Below, piece by piece: positions 19,010 through 26,462 of a DNA stretch of 35,048 bases. The translations under genes and the position numbers were made by a program. The notes below the pieces were generated by a model. It was given only the letters and a program-made list of their open reading frames with translations. It searched no databases and was not told the origin of the DNA. Origin of the DNA: Cyclobacteriaceae bacterium (GTDB lineage: Bacteria > Bacteroidota > Bacteroidia > Cytophagales > Cyclobacteriaceae); contig JANQPK010000218.1 of the NCBI GenBank assembly GCA_028289505.1, forward strand, positions 1 through 35,048, in the 5' to 3' direction. Position 1 is the first letter of the stretch. Each line of letters starts with the position of its first letter.

Positions 19010-21430
19010 CTATTCTGCCCGCAGTGAATCCACGGGATTGGTCAATGCTGCTTTTCCGGTTTGGTAGGCAACTGTGATCCAGGCAATTAATAGCGTCAGC
19101 AATCCAGCTAGCAGGAAGACTCCTAATCCCAGCTCAACTTGATAGGCAAAATCAGCTAACCACCCACGCATGATCAACCAGGCCACCGGTGATGCCACGA
19201 TCAAAGCCAGTATTACCAGTATGGTAAACTCCCTAGAAAGCAATACCACCACGTTGGAACTGCTTGCTCCCAGAACCTTTCTGATGCCCACTTCCTTTTT
19301 TCTCCGCTCAGCGGTAAATGATGCTAACCCAATTAAACCCAAACAGGCGATGGAGATCGCAAGGGTTGCGAACACCGCAAATATTTGAGCTTGCCGGTCT
19401 TCATTGGCATACAATTGCTCATAAGTCTCATCAACAAAAACGTAATTGAATGGATCCTCGGGATTAAATTCTTCCCACTTGTCCTGAATAACCTGTAGCG
19501 CAACGGCAGGGTCTCCTGGTGCCACTCTCACCACATAGCTCCATGCCATATAAGGAGCTACAAAGTAAACCGTGGGTACAATTTCACGCTTCAGCGATTC
19601 AAAATGGAAATCCTTTATTACCCCAACAACTTTACCATTTCTCTCCTCCCATTGTCCTGCCTTCCAGTCGGTTAACTCCATACTGCCAAATGTTTTATTG
19701 ACGGCCGACTCATTGGTCCATCCCAGTTCTTTGACAGCGGCTTCGTTAAGGATAAATGCCTCAGTGGCATCTGAGGGAAAGTCCCTGGAGAAACTACGAC
19801 CAGCGACAATTTCAAAGCCCATAGTTTCAATAAAATCAAAGTCGGTCCAAACGGTTTGCATACCTCGACGTTGATCTTCCGGAACTCCTTCAGGACGGGT
19901 GGTTAAAGTGCTACTCAAATTACCTGGTGGCACCCTGGAAGAGGCAGCAGCGTTGACAATTTTGGTACTGTTGAGGAGTTCATCGTGGAATTGCTGGTAC
20001 CTTTCCCTCATGGCTATAGGCGTGCCAGGTAGTTTGATTAGGTGCTCCTTGTCAAAGCCCAGGTTCATATTGCGGCAGTAATCAAGCTGTTTGTACACCG
20101 CGGAGGTGATGATTAACAGTAATATCGACGCAGCAAACTGAAAAGTGACCAAAACCTTTCTTAAACCGGCACCTTTAAGTCCAATTTTGAATTTTCCCGA
20201 CAAGATGCTCACCGGTTTGAACCCGGAAATGAGTAGTGCGGGGTAACTGCCAGCCACTAAACCTACAAATACCGTGACTAGCAGCAGACCTATCAGCATG
20301 GGAATGTCGCTAAATAGATTCCAGGTGATTTCCCTACCTGCCAATTCATTGAATTCTCTAAGAAATAGTTTGGCCAGTAGAGCAGCTACTATCAGACAAA
20401 TCACCGCCAGTAAAGTACTCTCGCTTAAGAACTGACCAACTAGCTGAGACCGCTCGGCTCCCACAACTTTCCTAAGTCCTACCTCCTTGGCTCTTAAACT
20501 CGAGCGGGCAGTAGCAAGATTGATGAAATTGATGCAAGCGATCACTAATATGAACAAGGCAATAAATGAGAATGCGATTACATAAGTCCTATTCCCTCCT
20601 GGCAAAAAGTTGTCATAATCTGCGGAGTCGAGGTATAGATCAGTAAGCGCGTGCATTTTCAGTACCGGAGAGAAATCCTCCCAATTGGACAATTTAGCAG
20701 AAGTGAATTCGGCCAGCCGGAGTTGGTAATCCTTGGGGCTGGTATTTTCAGGAATTTTTACAAATGTCCAGACATAACCCTCACCCCAGTTCTCCAGTAC
20801 TACCTTTGAGAAAGCGTGTTGAGCGCAATTCATGGAAACCAGAACATCGACCTGAAATTGAGATTGCTTTGGAATCTCTTTTAGGATACCGGTGACGTTA
20901 AAATCGAGTTCGCGGATTTTGACAGTGCGTCCTATGGGATCGCTATCGCCAAAGTATTTTTGAGCAATTTTCTCGGTTATTACTATCGAGTAAGGGTCCA
21001 CCAATGCATCTGCTGGATTACCCTTTAACAAAGGAAAAGTAAACACTTCGAATACCTCAGGATCTACAAAAGCCAGTTTTTCTTCTATATAAAGTTCATT
21101 ACCAACCTCTACATATTCCCCACCTCTGGCGGCGATCCTGACTATTTCATCAAAATCGTCAAAATCAATTTTTAATTCGTCAGCCAATCGATATGGGCCT
21201 ATGGCACTATTGCTTCTTTCACCAGTCTGGGGATTGGTAGCCTGCAGGTTAAGCATATACACCTGGTTGCGATATTGGTGAAATCGGTCAAAGCTCAATT
21301 CGGTTTTGACGTATAGCATGATCAAAATCAAGCATGCCATACCCACGGCCAGTCCCAGTATATTAATCAAGGAATGTCCCTTATATCGCCAGAGATTTCG
21401 AAGCGCAGACTTTAAATAGTTTCTAAACAC
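19010..21430 (-). CDS. ABC transporter permease, double FtsX/MacB-like (paralog f)
   Basis: 806 aa. N-terminus MFRNYLKSALRNLWRYK, loops KEVGLRKVVGA and KEVGIRKVLGAS, C-terminus NPVDSLRAE. The GTG start overlaps the upstream ATPase stop by 8 nt. Confidence 0.9.
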   Translation of the reverse strand: MFRNYLKSALRNLWRYKGHSLINILGLAVGMACLILIMLYVKTELSFDRFHQYRNQVYMLNLQATNPQTGERSNSAIGPYRLADELKIDFDDFDEIVRIAARGGEYVEVGNELYIEEKLAFVDPEVFEVFTFPLLKGNPADALVDPYSIVITEKIAQKYFGDSDPIGRTVKIRELDFNVTGILKEIPKQSQFQVDVLVSMNCAQHAFSKVVLENWGEGYVWTFVKIPENTSPKDYQLRLAEFTSAKLSNWEDFSPVLKMHALTDLYLDSADYDNFLPGGNRTYVIAFSFIALFILVIACINFINLATARSSLRAKEVGLRKVVGAERSQLVGQFLSESTLLAVICLIVAALLAKLFLREFNELAGREITWNLFSDIPMLIGLLLVTVFVGLVAGSYPALLISGFKPVSILSGKFKIGLKGAGLRKVLVTFQFAASILLLIITSAVYKQLDYCRNMNLGFDKEHLIKLPGTPIAMRERYQQFHDELLNSTKIVNAAASSRVPPGNLSSTLTTRPEGVPEDQRRGMQTVWTDFDFIETMGFEIVAGRSFSRDFPSDATEAFILNEAAVKELGWTNESAVNKTFGSMELTDWKAGQWEERNGKVVGVIKDFHFESLKREIVPTVYFVAPYMAWSYVVRVAPGDPAVALQVIQDKWEEFNPEDPFNYVFVDETYEQLYANEDRQAQIFAVFATLAISIACLGLIGLASFTAERRKKEVGIRKVLGASSSNVVVLLSREFTILVILALIVASPVAWLIMRGWLADFAYQVELGLGVFLLAGLLTLLIAWITVAYQTGKAALTNPVDSLRAE

Positions 21431-22112
21431 GGAACTGCTCTTTTACATTTTCTGAAACTACCCGTCCATCCAATAACCTAATAATTCGGTGGGCGTAATT
21501 GGCGTCATAGGGAGAATGGGTTACCATCACAATAGTGGTACCTTCACGATTTAGCTCCGCCAACAAGCCCATCACTTCATCACCATTGACAGAATCAAGG
21601 TTACCGGTAGGTTCATCCGCCAGGATCAACTTGGGACCAGCCACTACCGCCCGGGCTATGGCTACCCGCTGTTGCTGACCTCCTGAAAGCTGTTGGGGAA
21701 AGTGATTTCGGCGGTTCATGATATGCATCCTCTTTAGTACCGCCTCTGTCATCTCTTTGCGCTGTTTGCTGGGTATTTTCAGGTATAGAAGGGGCAGCTC
21801 CACGTTTTCATAGACCGTCAGTTCGTCAATTAGATTGAAACTTTGGAATACAAACCCGATGGCACCTTTGCGCAGCTTTCCACGTTTGCTTTCTGAATAA
21901 CCCGCTACTTGGTATTCCATAAAATGGTATTCCCCGCCATCCGGATTGTCCAACAAACCTAGAATGTTGAGCAGGGTCGATTTGCCGCAGCCGGAAGGAC
22001 CCATAATGGCCACAAACTCTCCGTCTTTGATGTTTACATTGACCGAATCCAGGGCAGTGGTTTCCACCTCCTCGGTGGTGTATACTTTACTTAAATTGAC
22101 TGTTTGTATCAC
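21423..22112 (-). CDS. ABC transporter ATP-binding protein, MacB/LolD family (ATPase A, canonical motifs)
   Basis: Walker A GPSGCGKST, signature LSGGQQQRVAIARA, Walker B LILADEPTGNLD, H-loop VTHS. GTG start. Confidence 0.93.
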   Translation of the reverse strand: MIQTVNLSKVYTTEEVETTALDSVNVNIKDGEFVAIMGPSGCGKSTLLNILGLLDNPDGGEYHFMEYQVAGYSESKRGKLRKGAIGFVFQSFNLIDELTVYENVELPLLYLKIPSKQRKEMTEAVLKRMHIMNRRNHFPQQLSGGQQQRVAIARAVVAGPKLILADEPTGNLDSVNGDEVMGLLAELNREGTTIVMVTHSPYDANYAHRIIRLLDGRVVSENVKEQFRV

Positions 22113-22148
22113 GTTTTATGCAGTGTTTAGTGTTTATTTTTAAGCAAG

Positions 22149-22237
22149 AGCAACAGTGTTGAGCATACAGGTTGGTGCGCTGAACTTACCGTATGCTGTT
22201 GCCTGCGCGTCCGGCAGGCGGACTTCGCACCGTTGCT
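22149..22237 (-). other. GC-rich multi-hairpin (three-way-junction-like) intercistronic element between adaptor and ATPase genes
   Basis: The outer stem is AGCAACAGTG (22149-22158) with CACCGTTGCT (22228-22237), with one mismatch. Hairpin 1 is AGCATACAGG (22162-22171) with CCGTATGCT (22189-22197). Hairpin 2 is GCCTGC (22201-22206) with GCAGGC (22214-22219). There is no flanking U-run, so it is not a classical terminator. Confidence 0.45.
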
Positions 22238-22239
22238 GT

Positions 22240-23499
22240 TCATTTCAATAACAGTATTTCATTGTCCCCAAAATTTTCATAACTGGAGGTAATCACTTGC
22301 TCACCTTCAGCCAACCCGTCCAACAGCTCATAGTGCAAACTATTTTTTCGACCAAGCTTGATATCACGTTTGGTAGCTTGCGTACCATCTTCATTCAGCA
22401 CAAACACCCAATTCCCTCCACTGGATTGAAAGAATCCTCCGGTTGGCAGTAACAGGGCTTGGCCTGGGTTTCCTAATTCTACCCGTATGCGCAATGATTG
22501 TCCTCGCTTAATGCCCCGAGGAGTCTGGCCCTGGAATTCCATATCAACCACGAAATTGCCGCTGGTAATGGTAGGATATATTTTGGTCACTTCCATTTTG
22601 AAAACTTGTCCCGCCTGGTTTTCATAGGATGCCAGCTGTCCCACATTGATACGCGGTAGATACAATTCATCGACTTCAACTTGCAGCTTAAAGTCGTCCA
22701 CGATATCAATTTGACCCATACGCTCTCCTTGCTGTACTGACTGACCTATTTCTAATTGCTCAGAAGCAAATTGCCCCTCTTTGGGTGCTTTGATCACCAG
22801 GTTATCCAGTATGTTACCGACTGCCTCCAGACTCTTCCACATGCGGGCTTCAGAATCATTGAGTTGTTTCAGCTGTACAGATTTAAGTTCGAGTTCCTGT
22901 TGGTAGGCCGAGTTTACAATTTTTCGGCGCTTGGTGTTATAGTCATAGCGCTCTTTGGCTTCTTCGAATTCTTTTCTTGATATTACTTTTTCCTGGTACA
23001 GCTCCTGCTGTCGATCATATTCAGGTTTGGCCAACTGCAACTGGTAATCCACCTCGGCCAACTCTTTTTCCAAATTCTGGGTATTTTGATCTAGTAAAAG
23101 CCGAGAGGTTCGTAGATTATTAATCTGTTCATAAAGCTGGGCCTCCCGGTTTAGCACTTCAAGTTGAAGATCAGAGTTTGTCAAAGTGATCAAGGCCTCT
23201 CCTTTGCTGACCATAGTACCAGTCTCTGTGTTCAACTCTTTGACAATACCTCCTTCAATGGCATCCAGGTAGTAGGTTTCAATCGGCTGTACAATACCTG
23301 TTTCGGGGATCCATTCCTGGAAATCACCATGCGCCACCTTGGCAATGGTGATCTTGTCTATATCCACATTCAATTTTGACCGGTGGTCGGCAAAGATTAA
23401 GGTGTAGGCCACTAGTAACGTTAAAAGACCACCACCTGCCCAGGTGAGGATCTTTCTAGTAGTCCATTTCTTTTTCTCAAGCTGCCTGTCCATTCCCAT
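22240..23499 (-). CDS. HlyD-family efflux transporter periplasmic adaptor subunit
   Basis: The N-terminal TM anchor (ILTWAGGGLLTLLVAYTLIF) is followed by a long coiled-coil region rich in E/Q/L, then beta-barrel/lipoyl-like segments. The start is set at the ATG at 23499 (MGMDRQLEKKKW; the ATG at 23493 is equally possible). The track's 23544 start would place the promoter-like element inside the coding sequence. Confidence 0.88.
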   Translation of the reverse strand: MGMDRQLEKKKWTTRKILTWAGGGLLTLLVAYTLIFADHRSKLNVDIDKITIAKVAHGDFQEWIPETGIVQPIETYYLDAIEGGIVKELNTETGTMVSKGEALITLTNSDLQLEVLNREAQLYEQINNLRTSRLLLDQNTQNLEKELAEVDYQLQLAKPEYDRQQELYQEKVISRKEFEEAKERYDYNTKRRKIVNSAYQQELELKSVQLKQLNDSEARMWKSLEAVGNILDNLVIKAPKEGQFASEQLEIGQSVQQGERMGQIDIVDDFKLQVEVDELYLPRINVGQLASYENQAGQVFKMEVTKIYPTITSGNFVVDMEFQGQTPRGIKRGQSLRIRVELGNPGQALLLPTGGFFQSSGGNWVFVLNEDGTQATKRDIKLGRKNSLHYELLDGLAEGEQVITSSYENFGDNEILLLK

Positions 23500-23527
23500 A
23501 GTTGACAATATTTTGCACCAGACCGAG

Positions 23528-23543
23528 GCCAACAAGCATGCCA
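23528..23543 (-). promoter_or_regulatory. Candidate sigma-54 (-24/-12-like) promoter of the adaptor/ATPase/permease operon
   Basis: The minus strand reads TGGCATGCTTGTTGGC, against the consensus TGGCACG-N4-TTGCW. The GG is at the correct 10-nt spacing from TTG, but the -12 C is a G. The element lies 28 nt upstream of the ATG at 23499 and exactly 42 nt downstream of the dyad sites. A sigma-54 activator gene is adjacent. Confidence 0.4.
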
Positions 23544-23585
23544 AACCAAAAAAGTGAGTTTAGCTTGATTTAGGGGTGCTGGATT

Positions 23586-23619
23586 GTTCGTAAACGTGCT
23601 ATTTTGTTCGTAAGCGTAC
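23586..23619. promoter_or_regulatory. Two 14-bp dyad sites (GTTCGTAAACGTGC, GTTCGTAAGCGTAC), 20 bp start-to-start; candidate enhancer (UAS) for the NtrC-type regulator
   Basis: The sites lie in the divergent intergenic region between the adaptor operon and the regulator gene. The same motif pair recurs at 28965-28998 with identical spacing to a promoter-like element. Confidence 0.55.
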
Positions 23620-23719
23620 GCCTTATCCCACTACAAAGCCGATAAAGCGGGATCTACTGAAAGGAACAATTTTTGCAAAATTTGAGCGACAGAAGTTTTA
23701 ATTTGTATCTTTTCCATAA

Positions 23720-25111
23720 ATGAACCTAGCACGCCAAGGTAGAATATTGGTGGTAGATGATGATCAAGATGTACTATCTGCTGCCAGACTGTATCTCAAA
23801 AGGCACTTTGGGCAAGTAGATATACTGGACCGTCCTGACTCGATACCAGACTTGCTCCGCCAAGACACTTATGACGTCATACTACTGGATATGAACTTTA
23901 CCAAGGATGTTAGTAGTGGTAAAGAAGGATTCTTCTGGTTGGATAAAATTCTCAGTATCGATCCATCTGCGGTGGTGGTTATGTTCACAGCTTATGGAGA
24001 TGTAGAGCTGGCAGTTAAAGCCATCAAGGAAGGGGCTACGGATTTTACGGTAAAGCCCTGGGAAAACAAAAAACTGCAAGCCACCATACTGTCTGCCATG
24101 AAATTGAGGGCATCCAGGTTGGAATATGAAAAATTGCGCTCCTGGCAGCGTCAGGTAAGCGCCGACATAGACCACAAATACCAGGACATGATCGGGCAAA
24201 GTGAGCCTATGTTGAAACTATATCAGACCATTCAACAAGTTGCCAAAACTGATGCCAATGTTTTGATTTTGGGAGAGAATGGTACTGGCAAGGAACTAAT
24301 TGCCAGGGCTATACACCGTAACTCAAACCGTTCCCAGGAGGTTTTTGTGAATGTAGACCTGGGAGCACTTAGTGAGACATTATTTGAAAGTGAGCTTTTC
24401 GGTCACGTTAAAGGGGCCTTTACAGATGCCAAGGATGATCGTCCGGGACGTTTTGAAATTGCTTCAGCAGGATCCATATTCCTTGATGAAATCGGCAATT
24501 TATCACTCCCCATGCAAGCCAAACTTTTGACTGTGTTACAGAATAAAGAAGTCATTCGATTGGGGTCCAATAAGGTGATTCCCGTTGATGTAAGACAAAT
24601 ATTTGCCACCAACATGCATCTACATCAGATGGTGGGTGAGCACAAGTTTAGACAGGACCTGCTTTACCGGATCAATACCATTGAAATACAAGTACCTCCG
24701 TTGCGGGAGCGCAAAGAGGATATCCCTTTATTGGCAGAATACTTTTTGCAGCATTACGTAAAGAAGTATCAAAAAAGGATTCGATCCCTCAGTGAGTCAG
24801 CACTGAACAGAATGCAAAAATATCATTGGCCAGGAAACGTACGGGAGCTCCAACATGTAATGGAACGAGCTGTTATCATGAATAAAGGGCTGACCTTGAA
24901 TGCTGAGGACTTATTAATCAATACCAGATCATCTGTGGAGGCTGAAGAAGGCGACGATTTGGTTATTTCAAATTACAATTTGGAGCATATTGAAAGACTG
25001 GTAATCAAAAAGATTCTTAAAAAGTACCATGGCAGTGTTACCAAAGCCGCGAATGAATTAGGGCTTACCCGTACCTCTCTATATCGGCGAATGGAAAAAT
25101 ATGATCTTTAA
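23720..25111 (+). CDS. Sigma-54-dependent Fis-family response regulator (NtrC type)
   Basis: Receiver domain (VVDDDQD...ILLDMNF...KP), AAA+ domain (GENGTGKE Walker A, ESELFGHVKGAFTDA which is a GAFTGA variant, IFLDEIG Walker B), and a C-terminal Fis-type HTH (AANELGLTRTSLYRRMEKY). Confidence 0.93.
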   Translation: MNLARQGRILVVDDDQDVLSAARLYLKRHFGQVDILDRPDSIPDLLRQDTYDVILLDMNFTKDVSSGKEGFFWLDKILSIDPSAVVVMFTAYGDVELAVKAIKEGATDFTVKPWENKKLQATILSAMKLRASRLEYEKLRSWQRQVSADIDHKYQDMIGQSEPMLKLYQTIQQVAKTDANVLILGENGTGKELIARAIHRNSNRSQEVFVNVDLGALSETLFESELFGHVKGAFTDAKDDRPGRFEIASAGSIFLDEIGNLSLPMQAKLLTVLQNKEVIRLGSNKVIPVDVRQIFATNMHLHQMVGEHKFRQDLLYRINTIEIQVPPLRERKEDIPLLAEYFLQHYVKKYQKRIRSLSESALNRMQKYHWPGNVRELQHVMERAVIMNKGLTLNAEDLLINTRSSVEAEEGDDLVISNYNLEHIERLVIKKILKKYHGSVTKAANELGLTRTSLYRRMEKYDL

Positions 25112-26453
25112 AAACTTCAGGTTACAAGTTGTTTGCCGAACGCTGATAATCGGACTGTCAATAGGGGGCAGTATTTACTTTTTCCTGGAACACCAGTTAG
25201 GCTATTCACTACTGCTATTGGTAGTAGCTGTGGTAGGTATCTACAATATTATTTACTACCTGGAATCCATTCATCGAAAGCTGGTCTTTTTTCTGGAATC
25301 AATTGAAAATCTTGATTTTACGGTAAAGTTTAGCAAGGATGACAAACAGGGAAAGGGATTTCGGGAGCTGAACAAGGCGTTCAATCAGGTATTGGATGAA
25401 TTTAAGGAGGTACGAGCTGAGAAAGAGGCCCATTTGCAGTATTTGCACACCGTAGTGCAATACGTTAAGGTCGGTCTGATCTCCTTTGATCAGGATGGAA
25501 GGATTGGATTGATCAACAATGCGGCAGTATTGTTGTTGGATATCGGATACATACGTAACCTATCTGAACTAAAGCAGGATCATCATGATGCATGGACACT
25601 ATTTACTGAAATTCAGCCTGGAGAAAGCAAAATGCTTTCAACATCTTCAGAAGATGGTGATCATCAATTGTCTGTGAATGCTACCGAGCTGAGGTTAAGA
25701 GGTAAGGTGTACCGGTCAATCTCTATCACTAATATTCAATCGGAGTTACAGCAGAAAGAAATCGAGGCCTGGCAGAACCTGGCCAAGATCCTGCGGCACG
25801 AGATTATGAACTCAATCACTCCCATAGTATCCCATGTGGAAACGCTAAACGAGATGCTGGAGGATGATACTTCCTGGACCCAGGATCGAAAGCATTTATC
25901 CGCTAGCTCAACTGACGATTTGACCGAAGCTTTGACCACCATAGAAAAAAGAAGTAAAGGATTGCTTCATTTCGTGGATGCGTACCGAAGCTTTAGCGAA
26001 ATACCAACACCAACCTTTGAAATCATTAGGGTTGCCGACCTTTTCGAGCGACTTACAAGATTGTTTCAGGGAGAAATTAAAAACTCAAGTATTACCGTTA
26101 ATCAGGTTATTTTACCCATTGAACTAAAGGTACAGGCCGACCAGGAGTTGATCGATACCGTGCTGATCAATCTATTCAAGAATGCCATGGAAGCGGTATA
26201 TCAGCAGCAAACTCCAACCATTGATTTAAAGGCCTACTTAAACGACTCTGCCAGAGTCATAATTGAGGTTATTGACAATGGGACTGGCATCATCCCGGAA
26301 GCCCAAAGCAAAATTTTTGTACCCTTTTATACTACCAAAGAGAAAGGCTCTGGAATCGGCCTTGCCTTATCCAGACAAATTATGCAAATGCACCGTGGTA
26401 ATTTAACGGTTGCCTCCCAGCCAGGACATACAGCTTTTAGCTTATTCTTCTAG
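25101..26453 (+). CDS. Sensor histidine kinase with two closely spaced N-terminal TM helices (minimal external loop)
   Basis: TM1 is LIIGLSIGGSIYFFL, the loop is EHQLG and TM2 is YSLLLLVVAVVGIYNIIYYL. These are followed by a PAS-like region, the H-box RHEIMNSITP, the N-box LFKNAMEA, and the G-boxes DNGTGI and GSGIGLALSRQI. The start overlaps the regulator stop by 11 nt. Confidence 0.9.
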   Translation: MIFKNFRLQVVCRTLIIGLSIGGSIYFFLEHQLGYSLLLLVVAVVGIYNIIYYLESIHRKLVFFLESIENLDFTVKFSKDDKQGKGFRELNKAFNQVLDEFKEVRAEKEAHLQYLHTVVQYVKVGLISFDQDGRIGLINNAAVLLLDIGYIRNLSELKQDHHDAWTLFTEIQPGESKMLSTSSEDGDHQLSVNATELRLRGKVYRSISITNIQSELQQKEIEAWQNLAKILRHEIMNSITPIVSHVETLNEMLEDDTSWTQDRKHLSASSTDDLTEALTTIEKRSKGLLHFVDAYRSFSEIPTPTFEIIRVADLFERLTRLFQGEIKNSSITVNQVILPIELKVQADQELIDTVLINLFKNAMEAVYQQQTPTIDLKAYLNDSARVIIEVIDNGTGIIPEAQSKIFVPFYTTKEKGSGIGLALSRQIMQMHRGNLTVASQPGHTAFSLFF

Positions 26454-26462
26454 ACCATTTCT

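Noticed and set aside
21946-22143. 65-aa plus-strand ORF running from ATPase A into the intergenic gap
   Set aside because: It is antisense to the Walker A region of a strongly supported ATPase gene and ends in AT-rich spacer. It is an artefact.
23500-23544. N-terminal extension MACLLASVWCKILST of the adaptor ORF
   Set aside because: The extension is Cys/Trp-rich and non-conserved-looking. It coincides with the -24/-12-like element located exactly 42 nt from the dyad sites. Family members that I recall begin at MDRxxxKKKW.
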